A DNA stretch of 40,156 nt, taken from the IMG/VR virus record IMGVR_UViG_3300032266_000202, positions 1 to 40,156 of that record; one strand, given 5' to 3'. A program made the translations under genes and the position numbers. This stretch comes from a virus. Taxonomy: Duplodnaviria > Caudoviricetes. This document shows, piece by piece, positions 27,809-35,593 of the stretch (positions are counted from its first letter, which is position 1; each line of letters begins with the position of its first letter). The notes beneath the pieces are model-generated. The model made no database searches and had not been told where the DNA came from. It saw nothing but the letters and a program-made list of their open reading frames with translations.

Positions 27809-28152
27809 TGTTTAAGATTAAATTCTTTCGTGTATTAAGTCAGAGTTCACCACGATACAAAGGTTCAGATAATGTCAGTTATCAGTTGAAGTATGACCCC
27901 AAGATGTGGAAGGGTGCATCGTGTGCTGGTATAGATACGGAGTTCTTCTATCCACAACAAGATAAGTTTGAGGCAGGTGAGGCTGAGTTACTCAAGCGTA
28001 TCTGTATTGACTGCCCCGTTATGGAGGCGTGCCTTGAGTGGGGCGTAGCCATGGAAAGGTATGGCGTATGGGGTGCAACGACACCCTTTGAACGGTTTGC
28101 TATCCGCAAGCAACACAACATCATGGTCAATGAGCCTAAGCAGAACCCGTGA
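27808..28152 (+). CDS. whiB: WhiB-family Fe-S transcriptional regulator
   Basis: C...CxxC-x5-C cysteine pattern and the GVWG turn. Confidence 0.93.
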   Translation: MFKIKFFRVLSQSSPRYKGSDNVSYQLKYDPKMWKGASCAGIDTEFFYPQQDKFEAGEAELLKRICIDCPVMEACLEWGVAMERYGVWGATTPFERFAIRKQHNIMVNEPKQNP

Positions 28153-28158
28153 TATAGT
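28150..28158 (+). promoter_or_regulatory. Extended -10 promoter (TG-n-TATAGT)
   Basis: TGATATAGT overlapping the whiB stop; no + strand gene downstream. Confidence 0.55.
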
Positions 28159-28164
28159 TCCAAG

Positions 28165-28255
28165 GTTCACCAGCCCCTACGAAGGGGAAGCGTGGAGGTT
28201 GGTGAACATAGAAAAACCCATCAGATTCTCTCCTGTCTCTGGTGGGTTTCTCTAT
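28165..28255 (+). ncRNA. Candidate two-hairpin small RNA with an anti-RBS loop
   Basis: Promoter, long hairpin 28165-28207, then a terminator hairpin whose loop TCTCCTGTC(T) is complementary to the early RBS AGACAGGAGA. Confidence 0.55.
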
Positions 28256-28257
28256 GT
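28206..28257. terminator. Bidirectional intrinsic terminator between convergent operons
   Basis: ACATAGAAAAACCCATCAGA / TCTGGTGGGTTTCTCTATGT inverted repeat with T-rich tails on both strands. Confidence 0.8.
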
Positions 28258-28791
28258 ATTAAGACCCAACTGTTTAGCCAACATAAATACTTCATCACTT
28301 AAGTCATCAAGAGTTCCATCGTTATAGATAACATGATTAAACATGTAGTTATCCATTGCATGTTCAGATGGATGTCCATTAACAGCGCTGTGATTCTTGC
28401 GGTTGATACGCAATACAGTACCGCCTAACTTCTTGATTGCTTCTGCCTCATTAGGAAATCGCACATCACTAACAACAACACGGTCATCCTGTCTTAAGTC
28501 AGACAGTGACATCTTAATCCACACATCATCGCCAATCATCTTGCGCCCAAAGTCAGTGCCAAGTACTTGTAATAGACGGCGAACTTCTGGATTCTTCTTG
28601 GCTATATCCCAGCCATAGTCATCTACTAAATCAGATACACGAGTGATGCTATCTAACTTAGGGTTAATAATCTGCAACGCGTGGCGCATCGGGTCAGCAA
28701 ATGCTCGCCGTTTGTATTCGTAATTAAGACATAACAATTCTGCGGTTGCATCTTTGCCTGACTGTGCGTATCCACTCAATCCGATTATCAT
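28252..28791 (-). CDS. Deoxynucleoside monophosphate kinase
   Basis: IIGLSGYAQSGKD P-loop, FADP, RRLLQVLGT, VSDVRFPNE, HPSE motifs. Confidence 0.9.
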   Translation of the reverse strand: MIIGLSGYAQSGKDATAELLCLNYEYKRRAFADPMRHALQIINPKLDSITRVSDLVDDYGWDIAKKNPEVRRLLQVLGTDFGRKMIGDDVWIKMSLSDLRQDDRVVVSDVRFPNEAEAIKKLGGTVLRINRKNHSAVNGHPSEHAMDNYMFNHVIYNDGTLDDLSDEVFMLAKQLGLNT

Positions 28792-29438
28792 TGTTCTTCC
28801 TTATCTGGTCTGCGGTATCTACGATTGTTCCACTGTGGTTGCTCACCACCGAGTCTCTCTTGTAACTTAGTAAGCGCACGAGACACACGCTTACGGATAG
28901 CCTCATCACTAACCGAATACTCAAGGGCTAGTGCATCTATATCCATGCCACCATCTGCGAACCTACGATTCAACAGCAACTGGTCTTGCTCATTTAGTTT
29001 CTTAAGACCGAACGCCACATCAGATAGCATAGCCTCACGATTCATACCCTCGCTAGGTTTACTAGATGTAGAGATGAACTCATCTCGTGGTGTAGATGAT
29101 GCAGTCCATGACTCATACGCCCACACATCTTTAAGTAACTCTTGCAGTATCTCATGCGTGTAATAGAAAGCATCCGATGGCATAGACTTAGCACGATGCG
29201 CTCTCTCTTTGGCAGCAAACTTCTGCGACTCATTGTTAAAGGTGCGCTTAAGTTTGAAGATGAGCGAGTCTTGTCCTTGCCACTCCTCAATCTTATGCCA
29301 GTGTTCTAGTGCCCATAGGTTAAGGTGTTGGAACACATCATCAGTGGTGACTAAGTTGCGGTGGATACGAGTACATCTAGTAGCGGAGGCACGAGCACAC
29401 CGATAAACAATTTCCCATAGTGCATCCTTCTCAGTCAT
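28788..29438 (-). CDS. Sigma-factor-like protein (sigma70 region 4 HTH)
   Basis: DDVFQ region-2-like segment and C-terminal LKKLNEQDQLLL.RRF...LALEYSVSDEAIRKRVSRALTKL. Confidence 0.7.
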   Translation of the reverse strand: MTEKDALWEIVYRCARASATRCTRIHRNLVTTDDVFQHLNLWALEHWHKIEEWQGQDSLIFKLKRTFNNESQKFAAKERAHRAKSMPSDAFYYTHEILQELLKDVWAYESWTASSTPRDEFISTSSKPSEGMNREAMLSDVAFGLKKLNEQDQLLLNRRFADGGMDIDALALEYSVSDEAIRKRVSRALTKLQERLGGEQPQWNNRRYRRPDKEEQ

Positions 29439-29817
29439 CCTTTAGTTTCCTCGTTGCCTCTAGTAAATCATCAACTGTAATGAGATAGCCCTTGCTCCTG
29501 TTCGGGGGAATCTCACAAGTAATTTCTCTACCACCATGTCTTAAGGCATAGTGTACATGAGAACGCGGAACCATGATGACACCATGTTCCAATACAAATG
29601 CCCAGTAGTCAGCCTCGCTTGCCATTAAACCTGATGGCTCCCATGACTGCGACCTCTGGTACCAACACTCAACCTCAACATATAAGTTGTTAGTCGTGTG
29701 CCACTTGCGGTCGCGCTTTACTTCTACTGTCCTACCTTTGGTGAGTAATTCTTCTACTAAGTTCTCGCCACCCTTACCATAACCAAAGTCTAAATCAAAT
29801 GAGGATAGATTAACCAC
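29431..29817 (-). CDS. PD-(D/E)xK-like hypothetical protein
   Basis: GE...VEVKRD...NLYVE...SGL..SEADYW; likely GTG start overlapping the primase stop. Confidence 0.6.
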   Translation of the reverse strand: MVNLSSFDLDFGYGKGGENLVEELLTKGRTVEVKRDRKWHTTNNLYVEVECWYQRSQSWEPSGLMASEADYWAFVLEHGVIMVPRSHVHYALRHGGREITCEIPPNRSKGYLITVDDLLEATRKLKDD

Positions 29818-30436
29818 CGATGCCTGCTCGTTTATGTAATCCTTCTGCACCTTCGGCAAGGTACACATCATTAACATCTTGACCTTCGGGCATAAAGACA
29901 GGAAACACATTGTCTAGTTCACGACTAAGATTCTTAGCCATCTCACGACCAGCGTTGTCACCATCACATAGTAAGATTACTTTCTCCCAGTCAGCCAACA
30001 CACGGGAGTAAAAAGATTTCCAGTTGTTAGCACCAGGTAATCCAATGGCAGTGAACCCAGCCTGTGTTGCAATGACTGTATCCAACTCACCTTCACATAC
30101 AACTAACGATGTTGTATCATCATTGAGTGCGTTGATATTAAAGATGTGAGTCGTAGCACCTGGGCGTGACATGTACTTCGGACCACTTGCATCCTGACTT
30201 AAGGCACGAAAGCGTATGTCAATGCAACCCGATGGCGTTAGGTATGGGATAGATAACTTACCCTGGTATGGCTCGTGTCCAATCTCAGGATTCTTTACGA
30301 AGCCGAGGCGAAACATACGAGCCGTTGGTTCTGTTATACCGCGACTCTCCAGATACGGAAGAATCTCCCCTATGTTTTGAGCGTAGTTCTCCGTTGCTCT
30401 CTCCAGTAATTCTCTCTGCGATTTGCTTAGCCTCAT
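29810..30436 (-). CDS. DNA primase, Toprim domain
   Basis: IPY...FR...KY, VCEGELD and DGDNAG motifs. Confidence 0.9.
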   Translation of the reverse strand: MRLSKSQRELLERATENYAQNIGEILPYLESRGITEPTARMFRLGFVKNPEIGHEPYQGKLSIPYLTPSGCIDIRFRALSQDASGPKYMSRPGATTHIFNINALNDDTTSLVVCEGELDTVIATQAGFTAIGLPGANNWKSFYSRVLADWEKVILLCDGDNAGREMAKNLSRELDNVFPVFMPEGQDVNDVYLAEGAEGLHKRAGIGG

Positions 30437-30665
30437 TGAAAGTCACTCCTTCTTTCTTCATAATGATTGAGTACACATCGCCAGCCATGTCGCAGCCGAA
30501 GCATCTGAACCCACCGTTTTCTGTATTAAGACGGGCAGACTTTACTCTGTCTCCGTGAAAGGCGCAACGAACTGTTATCCAGCCACGCTTACCTTGGGGT
30601 ATATCAAATCCGTAATGCTCTAGTACTTTGGCAAGGTCATGCTTAGAGTTTTGCAATAGCATCAC
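30285..30665 (-). CDS. DNA primase zinc-binding (CHC2) domain
   Basis: CAFH.D...S...FRCFGC...GD. Confidence 0.88.
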   Translation of the reverse strand: MMLLQNSKHDLAKVLEHYGFDIPQGKRGWITVRCAFHGDRVKSARLNTENGGFRCFGCDMAGDVYSIIMKKEGVTFNEAKQIAERITGESNGELRSKHRGDSSVSGESRYNRTNGSYVSPRLRKES

Positions 30666-31008
30666 TGAGCCTTTGTACTACATAGGACTCCTCAATGCCT
30701 TTGTTAGAAGCCTTGATGATAACCAATGGCGTAGGTGCTACCTTTAATTTCTTGGCAATGCGATAGTTCTCTGCCTCTACCTGTGCCTCACGAATCCATC
30801 CAGACAAATCTACTTTGCCATCACGCCGTGGTGCCTTGGCTTCAATAACATACGCATCATTTACTGTCTTAAGAAAGACATCACCTATGTCGTTGCGACC
30901 AGCACGAGGTAAGCGTTGGGCTTCGTACTCCTCGTCAATGAACCAGTCGGCAAGGTCAATCTCATAGGCTGCACCTCTACGCTTGTTACTTTTTTGCGGT
31001 GTTGTCAT
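30643..31008 (-). CDS. Holliday junction resolvase (Hjc-like PD-(D/E)xK)
   Basis: KRRGAAYE...DIGD...VIEAK; start MTTPQK with an AGGAG RBS. Confidence 0.75.
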   Translation of the reverse strand: MTTPQKSNKRRGAAYEIDLADWFIDEEYEAQRLPRAGRNDIGDVFLKTVNDAYVIEAKAPRRDGKVDLSGWIREAQVEAENYRIAKKLKVAPTPLVIIKASNKGIEESYVVQRLSDAIAKL

Positions 31009-31729
31009 TAGCCTTCTCCTCTGCTCTGCGTTGTGCATCTGCTGCCGACCAATAGAGTGAGTAGTAAGAATCATCATAAGCAAAGCGCTTCATGTGCTTG
31101 ACTCGTGCACCTGTATGTGCATGTACCTTGACACCTGCTGCTTTTAGTTTGCGGAAGAACACGATGTCCTCACCAACAAACTTCTCTCCAAGATTTTCTA
31201 CCTCTGCAAACATTGACTGGTCTGGAAACTTCTGTCTTAAGTGAGGAACAATACTGCGGTGCATCAGCGTAAGCCCAAGCCCTGCGTTGTCCACTTCAAT
31301 CACTTCACTGGCTGGCAGTGGGTGAACATATCTAATCTGAAACTCATCACCTGTCTCATTAAACAATGCAGGCATAGGTTGCATGAGTGATGACTCCATC
31401 TGCTTGGAGATAAAGTACACACCCGATACCACTGGTCGTAATGTTTTGTCTGCTGTTTTCCATAGCATCTCAAGCACATCAAGAGTAAGCACAATGTCTG
31501 AGTCAACCCATAGTAACCAGTCAGTCTTTACATGGTCATACCACATATCAAGTAGCGCCTGTCGCTGCCTGCCAATCTGATTACCCTGTACTCGGATGGC
31601 ATTATGCACACCCAACTTACGGGTAGGTGCAGTGATGGTGGTGTACATCAAACCTTCTGCAAACTTACCATCCACCATGCCATTGTCGCACCAACCGATA
31701 GATAAAGTTTCATTAGAACTGTGTGCCAT
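30986..31729 (-). CDS. GT-A fold glycosyltransferase (GT2-like)
   Basis: WLLWVDSD (DxD), VVSGVY, GLGLTLMHR, GEDIVFF, HMK motifs; GAGGA RBS before MAHSS. Confidence 0.8.
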   Translation of the reverse strand: MAHSSNETLSIGWCDNGMVDGKFAEGLMYTTITAPTRKLGVHNAIRVQGNQIGRQRQALLDMWYDHVKTDWLLWVDSDIVLTLDVLEMLWKTADKTLRPVVSGVYFISKQMESSLMQPMPALFNETGDEFQIRYVHPLPASEVIEVDNAGLGLTLMHRSIVPHLRQKFPDQSMFAEVENLGEKFVGEDIVFFRKLKAAGVKVHAHTGARVKHMKRFAYDDSYYSLYWSAADAQRRAEEKANDNTAKK

Positions 31730-32060
31730 TGGTATCCTCTGTCTCGTCAAGAACTTTAAGAGCGCCTTCGCCCATATCTTTAAATGATGTAGCCATGTTG
31801 ATTAACTGTTCTGCAATATCTGCAATGCACTCATCGCCATGTGCGTTTTCAAGATGCTTACCTAACTGCTCAACATAATCTGCAAACTGAATAGCCTCTA
31901 ACCAGATAGTGTTGGGGTCGTATATCTGTTTAGTTGCTTCATCTATCTGCTCAATAACATTGGGTAACTCAGAGAGTATTACTTCCTGAATCTCCGTTGG
32001 TACCTTCATCTTCTTTAACATCTTTGTTACTGCCTCGGGTGAAAGTGACGATTCCCCCAT
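31713..32060 (-). CDS. Acidic helical hypothetical protein (start uncertain, 32060 or 32021)
   Basis: Fills the operon gap; overlaps the upstream gene. Confidence 0.6.
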   Translation of the reverse strand: MGESSLSPEAVTKMLKKMKVPTEIQEVILSELPNVIEQIDEATKQIYDPNTIWLEAIQFADYVEQLGKHLENAHGDECIADIAEQLINMATSFKDMGEGALKVLDETEDTNGTQF

Positions 32061-32319
32061 TGATATACGCATCAAATTCTGCTTCGGTGAGGTCAAGGAA
32101 CGCACCGCTTTCTTTATTCTGCCAAACAAGTGCTTTCCACCCAACTGTATATGAAAGTGTACGAGGTACAACCATGAGTTGTGACTTAATATCTGTCAGC
32201 AATGGCTGTGTTGAGACAACGATGTCGTCTTTGATTTCTTTTGCTGGGATTTCGCCAGCGTTCTCTACTACTGTTAGTGTCCAAGGACTGTCTAACTTCT
32301 CCATGTATAACTCGCCCAT
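31969..32319 (-). CDS. Hypothetical protein
   Basis: AAGGAGA RBS immediately after the helicase stop. Confidence 0.7.
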   Translation of the reverse strand: MGELYMEKLDSPWTLTVVENAGEIPAKEIKDDIVVSTQPLLTDIKSQLMVVPRTLSYTVGWKALVWQNKESGAFLDLTEAEFDAYINGGIVTFTRGSNKDVKEDEGTNGDSGSNTL

Positions 32320-32328
32320 CTTATCTCC

Positions 32329-33126
32329 TTAAAATAGTTTTGTTGCTTCGTAAGACACAACATCTAATATCTGCATACTTGCTGGTTCATACGATAACCA
32401 GACTGGCGTGCCACCAGTTGCATCGGCGGGTCCGTAACGATTCTTTACTGCACACACACCCATTGTTGACTGCTGGTTATGCACTGTGAGGATTAGTGAT
32501 GGAGTCTGTGCAACCTTACCGTGAAGTGCTTTCTGTGGTGGACATGGATTACCAGGCACGCCTTCGCTAGTGTGGTGACACACAACTACGGCTGCTCCTG
32601 TTTCTCTAGCCCACCATTTAAGTTCCTTCATCAAGGTACGCAATCCACCCCACTCGTCTTGAGAATCCATACTTACATCTACTGCGTTGTCTAACACAAT
32701 CAACTGCACATCTGCGCCTAAGCGTTCACGAGTAGCAAGTACTGCATCCTCAATATCCTTAAGTGTTGGTGATGAATCAAACTCCCAATAGATGTGGTCA
32801 GCAGGCTTGAGCATCTGTGCTGCCCAGTCTCTGTCAACTTCCATCATTGGTTCTACTTCTTGCTGTGCCTTACCAGTTAATAAAGCAAGCAAGCGTAGGC
32901 TCATCGTGTGTGAGTGTGTATCCGCAGAAATGTAAAGGGTAGGTACCTTTGCACGGACTGCCAAGGACAGAGCAAGCGTTGACTTGCCTGCCCCTGGCGG
33001 TCCAGCAATCATACTTACCTCGCCGTAACGGACTGCTATTTGATTGGCAGCGAAGGATTGCCACACTGTTGGAAGTGTTGCACCCCCTCGTGATTCTGTC
33101 TTAATAGCACGGCTGAGTAGGCGCAT
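32329..33126 (-). CDS. DnaB/RecA-fold replicative helicase
   Basis: GPPGAGKS, LIVLDN, VCHH, VKNRYG motifs. Confidence 0.88.
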   Translation of the reverse strand: MRLLSRAIKTESRGGATLPTVWQSFAANQIAVRYGEVSMIAGPPGAGKSTLALSLAVRAKVPTLYISADTHSHTMSLRLLALLTGKAQQEVEPMMEVDRDWAAQMLKPADHIYWEFDSSPTLKDIEDAVLATRERLGADVQLIVLDNAVDVSMDSQDEWGGLRTLMKELKWWARETGAAVVVCHHTSEGVPGNPCPPQKALHGKVAQTPSLILTVHNQQSTMGVCAVKNRYGPADATGGTPVWLSYEPASMQILDVVSYEATKLF

Positions 33127-33129
33127 GAG

Positions 33130-33570
33130 TTATGCAGGTACCTTGTTCTGGCAAGCCTGACCTTGTGGCTTAGGACATGCATAGAACGCCTTGTATGGGC
33201 GACCTGTTGACTTAGCAATACCTGCTGGTACATGGCGCATCGCTCCGCCACCGCATGTGCACTCAGGAACTGGTCGTGATGGTGAGTAACCTGCTGGTGC
33301 AGCCTGTGGTGCTGGTGCTGCTGTCCAGTTAGGTGCTTCTACAACTGTTGCACCTGGGAAAGCAGCAGCAATAACCTGTGCTGGTGCATGTGCTTGAGGT
33401 GAAGCCATTGTTTCTGTTGTCTGCTCAAGGTCAATGAGTACAGCAAGGCGCTGTGTCAATGCATCAATGAGTGTGTCTAGTTCAAAACCATCGTTAGCAC
33501 GAAGGTTAATCAACATGCCGTCACGCTTTGTCTTGAAGTTAATCTGAATTGCTGCTGATTCGTTAGCCAT
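33130..33570 (-). CDS. Protein with a C-terminal GRF-like zinc finger (possible ssDNA-binding/recombination accessory)
   Basis: PECTCG...GRPYKAFYAC...C; lies between nuclease and helicase. Confidence 0.65.
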   Translation of the reverse strand: MANESAAIQINFKTKRDGMLINLRANDGFELDTLIDALTQRLAVLIDLEQTTETMASPQAHAPAQVIAAAFPGATVVEAPNWTAAPAPQAAPAGYSPSRPVPECTCGGGAMRHVPAGIAKSTGRPYKAFYACPKPQGQACQNKVPA

Positions 33571-33571
33571 T

Positions 33572-34399
33572 TTATTCTCCTATATTTACTTCGGGATAGA
33601 GGTGTGAGTCTTTGCCACCCACTGCATAGCATGATGAATTTACGGAGCATGTGCCACACATAAACCCAGGTGCTGGTATGAAGATGTTGTTAATAACTGC
33701 TAGTTCAAAACCCTTAACCTGATTACCAAGTCGTGACTCAGTGTATCGGTCAAGGCTGACAGGTGTTGTTAGTTCCCCTGTGCGTGCCATGAAGTAACTG
33801 CCTAGTTGTGGGCGAACACCAAAGGTTTTCTCCACGAGCACGGCATAGATACCAAGTTGTGCTTGAGACTTAGGCTCAGCACCTGTCTTAATATCTACAA
33901 TTACTAACTCTCCAGATGGTGCAACCATCACGCGGTCTAAGAACGCCTTGATGTTTACACCTTTAATCGTCTGATTTATTTCAGTTTCAATAGCGGGGAT
34001 GCCAGCGGGAGTATCCCAAATCTTCCATCCGCTTTCTTCTCTAAACTGAATCCAGTAGTCAACCATCTTTGGACCATTGGCTAACCACCAAGATGCATCC
34101 TCTTTGTTTGGATACGCCTTGGTCGCACGACCACCAGCACGCCAAGGCATGCCGTTGTCTACCATCTTGTAGTTGTGTTCCCATCGCTCATTAAACATGG
34201 CTACTGGGTCAAACCCTTCTGGCTTTATGTCGTAGTATTCTGTACACTCGTGCACTGCCTTGCCTCCAGCCAACCAATAGGATGGCGCTTCGGCTACATG
34301 CTGTACACGAGATAGGTAATACTGCCATCCGCACCCAAGCCATGTTGACATGGCGGAGTGGGATACATAGTTCTTACCTGTTACGAGTTCAAGTGTCAT
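33572..34399 (-). CDS. Cas4/RecB-like PD-(D/E)xK exonuclease
   Basis: SHS...C, G.AVH, LDRV...IVDIKTG, QLGIY, and a C-terminal CGTC....SC cluster. Confidence 0.88.
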   Translation of the reverse strand: MTLELVTGKNYVSHSAMSTWLGCGWQYYLSRVQHVAEAPSYWLAGGKAVHECTEYYDIKPEGFDPVAMFNERWEHNYKMVDNGMPWRAGGRATKAYPNKEDASWWLANGPKMVDYWIQFREESGWKIWDTPAGIPAIETEINQTIKGVNIKAFLDRVMVAPSGELVIVDIKTGAEPKSQAQLGIYAVLVEKTFGVRPQLGSYFMARTGELTTPVSLDRYTESRLGNQVKGFELAVINNIFIPAPGFMCGTCSVNSSCYAVGGKDSHLYPEVNIGE

Positions 34400-34419
34400 T
34401 GTTTCTCCTTCAATAGAGG

Positions 34420-34455
34420 AGACTACTGCACAATCTCTGCTCTATTGTGCGACAC
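34420..34455 (-). promoter_or_regulatory. Candidate promoter of the replication operon with a GACAC (WhiA-type) motif
   Basis: TAGTCT -10 at 34425-34420; GACAC at 34451-34455, 25 bp upstream; no canonical -35. Confidence 0.4.
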
Positions 34456-34487
34456 GCCGAAGCAAATTACATCAATGTAGTTCTTTT

Positions 34488-34739
34488 ATGTATACACTGC
34501 TGTTCGTGTTGAACAGATTAAGTAGAGGACTAGCGAGGTTTGCTAACCGAGCAGGTGTTACCGCACCCATAGGTGCAGACTTGCGTAGCCTTGGTCCAAT
34601 CCATGTATGTATGTGTGGCTCCACGCTTTTTAAAGTGGGTTGTATGTTTGAAGATGGCGATATAAGCATGTGGTTTGTAGATGCAGAGTGCGCCCTATGT
34701 GGAGCCTTAGTGAAGGTGCCAACACCAGTTGATGATTAA
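34488..34739 (+). CDS. Zinc-ribbon hypothetical protein
   Basis: CMCG...CALCG. Confidence 0.7.
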   Translation: MYTLLFVLNRLSRGLARFANRAGVTAPIGADLRSLGPIHVCMCGSTLFKVGCMFEDGDISMWFVDAECALCGALVKVPTPVDD

Positions 34740-34878
34740 AGTAATTTATGTATTAGGTTTTATTGTGAGTAACATCACAACTTTTTTTTGGTCTTACAAG
34801 TTAGGTATTAAGACAGAGCAACGAGCACGCCTTCGGAGGTTGAACACATTGAAGCGATTACTTAATGGCAAAATATGA
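34732..34878 (+). CDS. 48-aa membrane peptide (MIKVIYVLGFIVSNITTFFW...)
   Basis: Translated by hand; overlaps both neighbours. Confidence 0.55.
   Translation: MIKVIYVLGFIVSNITTFFWSYKLGIKTEQRARLRRLNTLKRLLNGKI
34764..34779. promoter_or_regulatory. CRP/GlxR-type box 4 (intragenic)
   Basis: TGTGA-GTAACA-TCACA. Confidence 0.6.
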
Positions 34879-35032
34879 TTACAAATGCAATACCTGTGGC
34901 GGGGTACAAGAGATAGATAAACCAATGGGTAGCGACTGGGTTCCAGTTTGCTGCGAAACTTCTATGACACAGGTTTACAATGCTGTGCCAGTAAAGTTCA
35001 ATGCCTCAGGTTTTTACAGTACGGGCGGATAA
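34865..35032 (+). CDS. FmdB-family zinc-ribbon protein (55 aa)
   Basis: Translated by hand: MAKYDYKCNTCG...PVCC...FNASGFYSTGG. Confidence 0.8.
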   Translation: MAKYDYKCNTCGGVQEIDKPMGSDWVPVCCETSMTQVYNAVPVKFNASGFYSTGG

Positions 35033-35369
35033 ACCTAAGCAGCATCGCCTGCTGCTCAAGAACCCAGCCAAACGATGGGGTATCTGTGCAGTGTGTGGAC
35101 CCACAAGACTAAAGTTAAAGCAAAGCGGTTACTTTTCTTGCCGAACTAAGTCCAATCTTAATCGTGTTAAGTTAGCCAAGTACAAGAAAAATTTTTGCGA
35201 GGAGTGTGGTTTTGTAGCCGTGCATCGTAGCCAATTAGACATTGACCACATAGATGGCAACCATAATAACAATTCGTTATTAAATTTACAGACCCTATGT
35301 GCTAATTGTCACCGTCTTAAGACACAAGAAAATAAAGATTGGCAAAACAAAAAAGCCCCCCGCAATTAA
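35001..35369 (+). CDS. HNH endonuclease (start uncertain)
   Basis: CEECG...LDIDHIDGNHNNN...NLQTLCANCHRLKT. Confidence 0.85.
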   Translation: MPQVFTVRADKPKQHRLLLKNPAKRWGICAVCGPTRLKLKQSGYFSCRTKSNLNRVKLAKYKKNFCEECGFVAVHRSQLDIDHIDGNHNNNSLLNLQTLCANCHRLKTQENKDWQNKKAPRN

Positions 35370-35379
35370 GCGAGGGGCT
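35349..35379 (-). terminator. Intrinsic terminator ending the late/lysis operon
   Basis: Minus strand AGCCCCTCGC-TTAATT-GCGGGGGGCT-TTTTT. Confidence 0.85.
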
Positions 35380-35392
35380 AATCTGTTTACTG

Positions 35393-35584
35393 TTACTTCT
35401 TAAGACCAAACTCTGGTGCTGACTTGTCAAGCGCCTTGAGGATTGGACCTACTAGACCAGCGATGAACGCTGTGGCTAGTGTCTTAGGGTCGTGCTGTCC
35501 TGCTGTGTAGAGTGCAACTGCTGATGCTGCTGCTGCTCTGACATAAGACAGACCAATCTGCTTTACCTTTTCTGTGTCAATCAT
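35393..35584 (-). CDS. Holin-like membrane protein
   Basis: 63 aa, two hydrophobic segments, directly after the endolysin; AAGGAG RBS. Confidence 0.7.
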   Translation of the reverse strand: MIDTEKVKQIGLSYVRAAAASAVALYTAGQHDPKTLATAFIAGLVGPILKALDKSAPEFGLKK

Positions 35585-35593
35585 TGTTACTCC

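Larger units (their letters stand above)
23743..35406. repeat. Dispersed TTAAGAC motif (fuller form [GT/GA][A/C]TTAAGACA[G/C])
   Basis: 29 loci counted by eye in this interval, on both strands. Confidence 0.9.

Noticed and set aside
33572-34399. Cas4-like gene as part of a CRISPR-Cas system
   Set aside because: Stand-alone phage exonuclease in a replication operon with no array or other cas genes
28252-34399. Phage DNA polymerase, integrase or repressor
   Set aside because: No ORF with the relevant motifs was recognised anywhere in the circle
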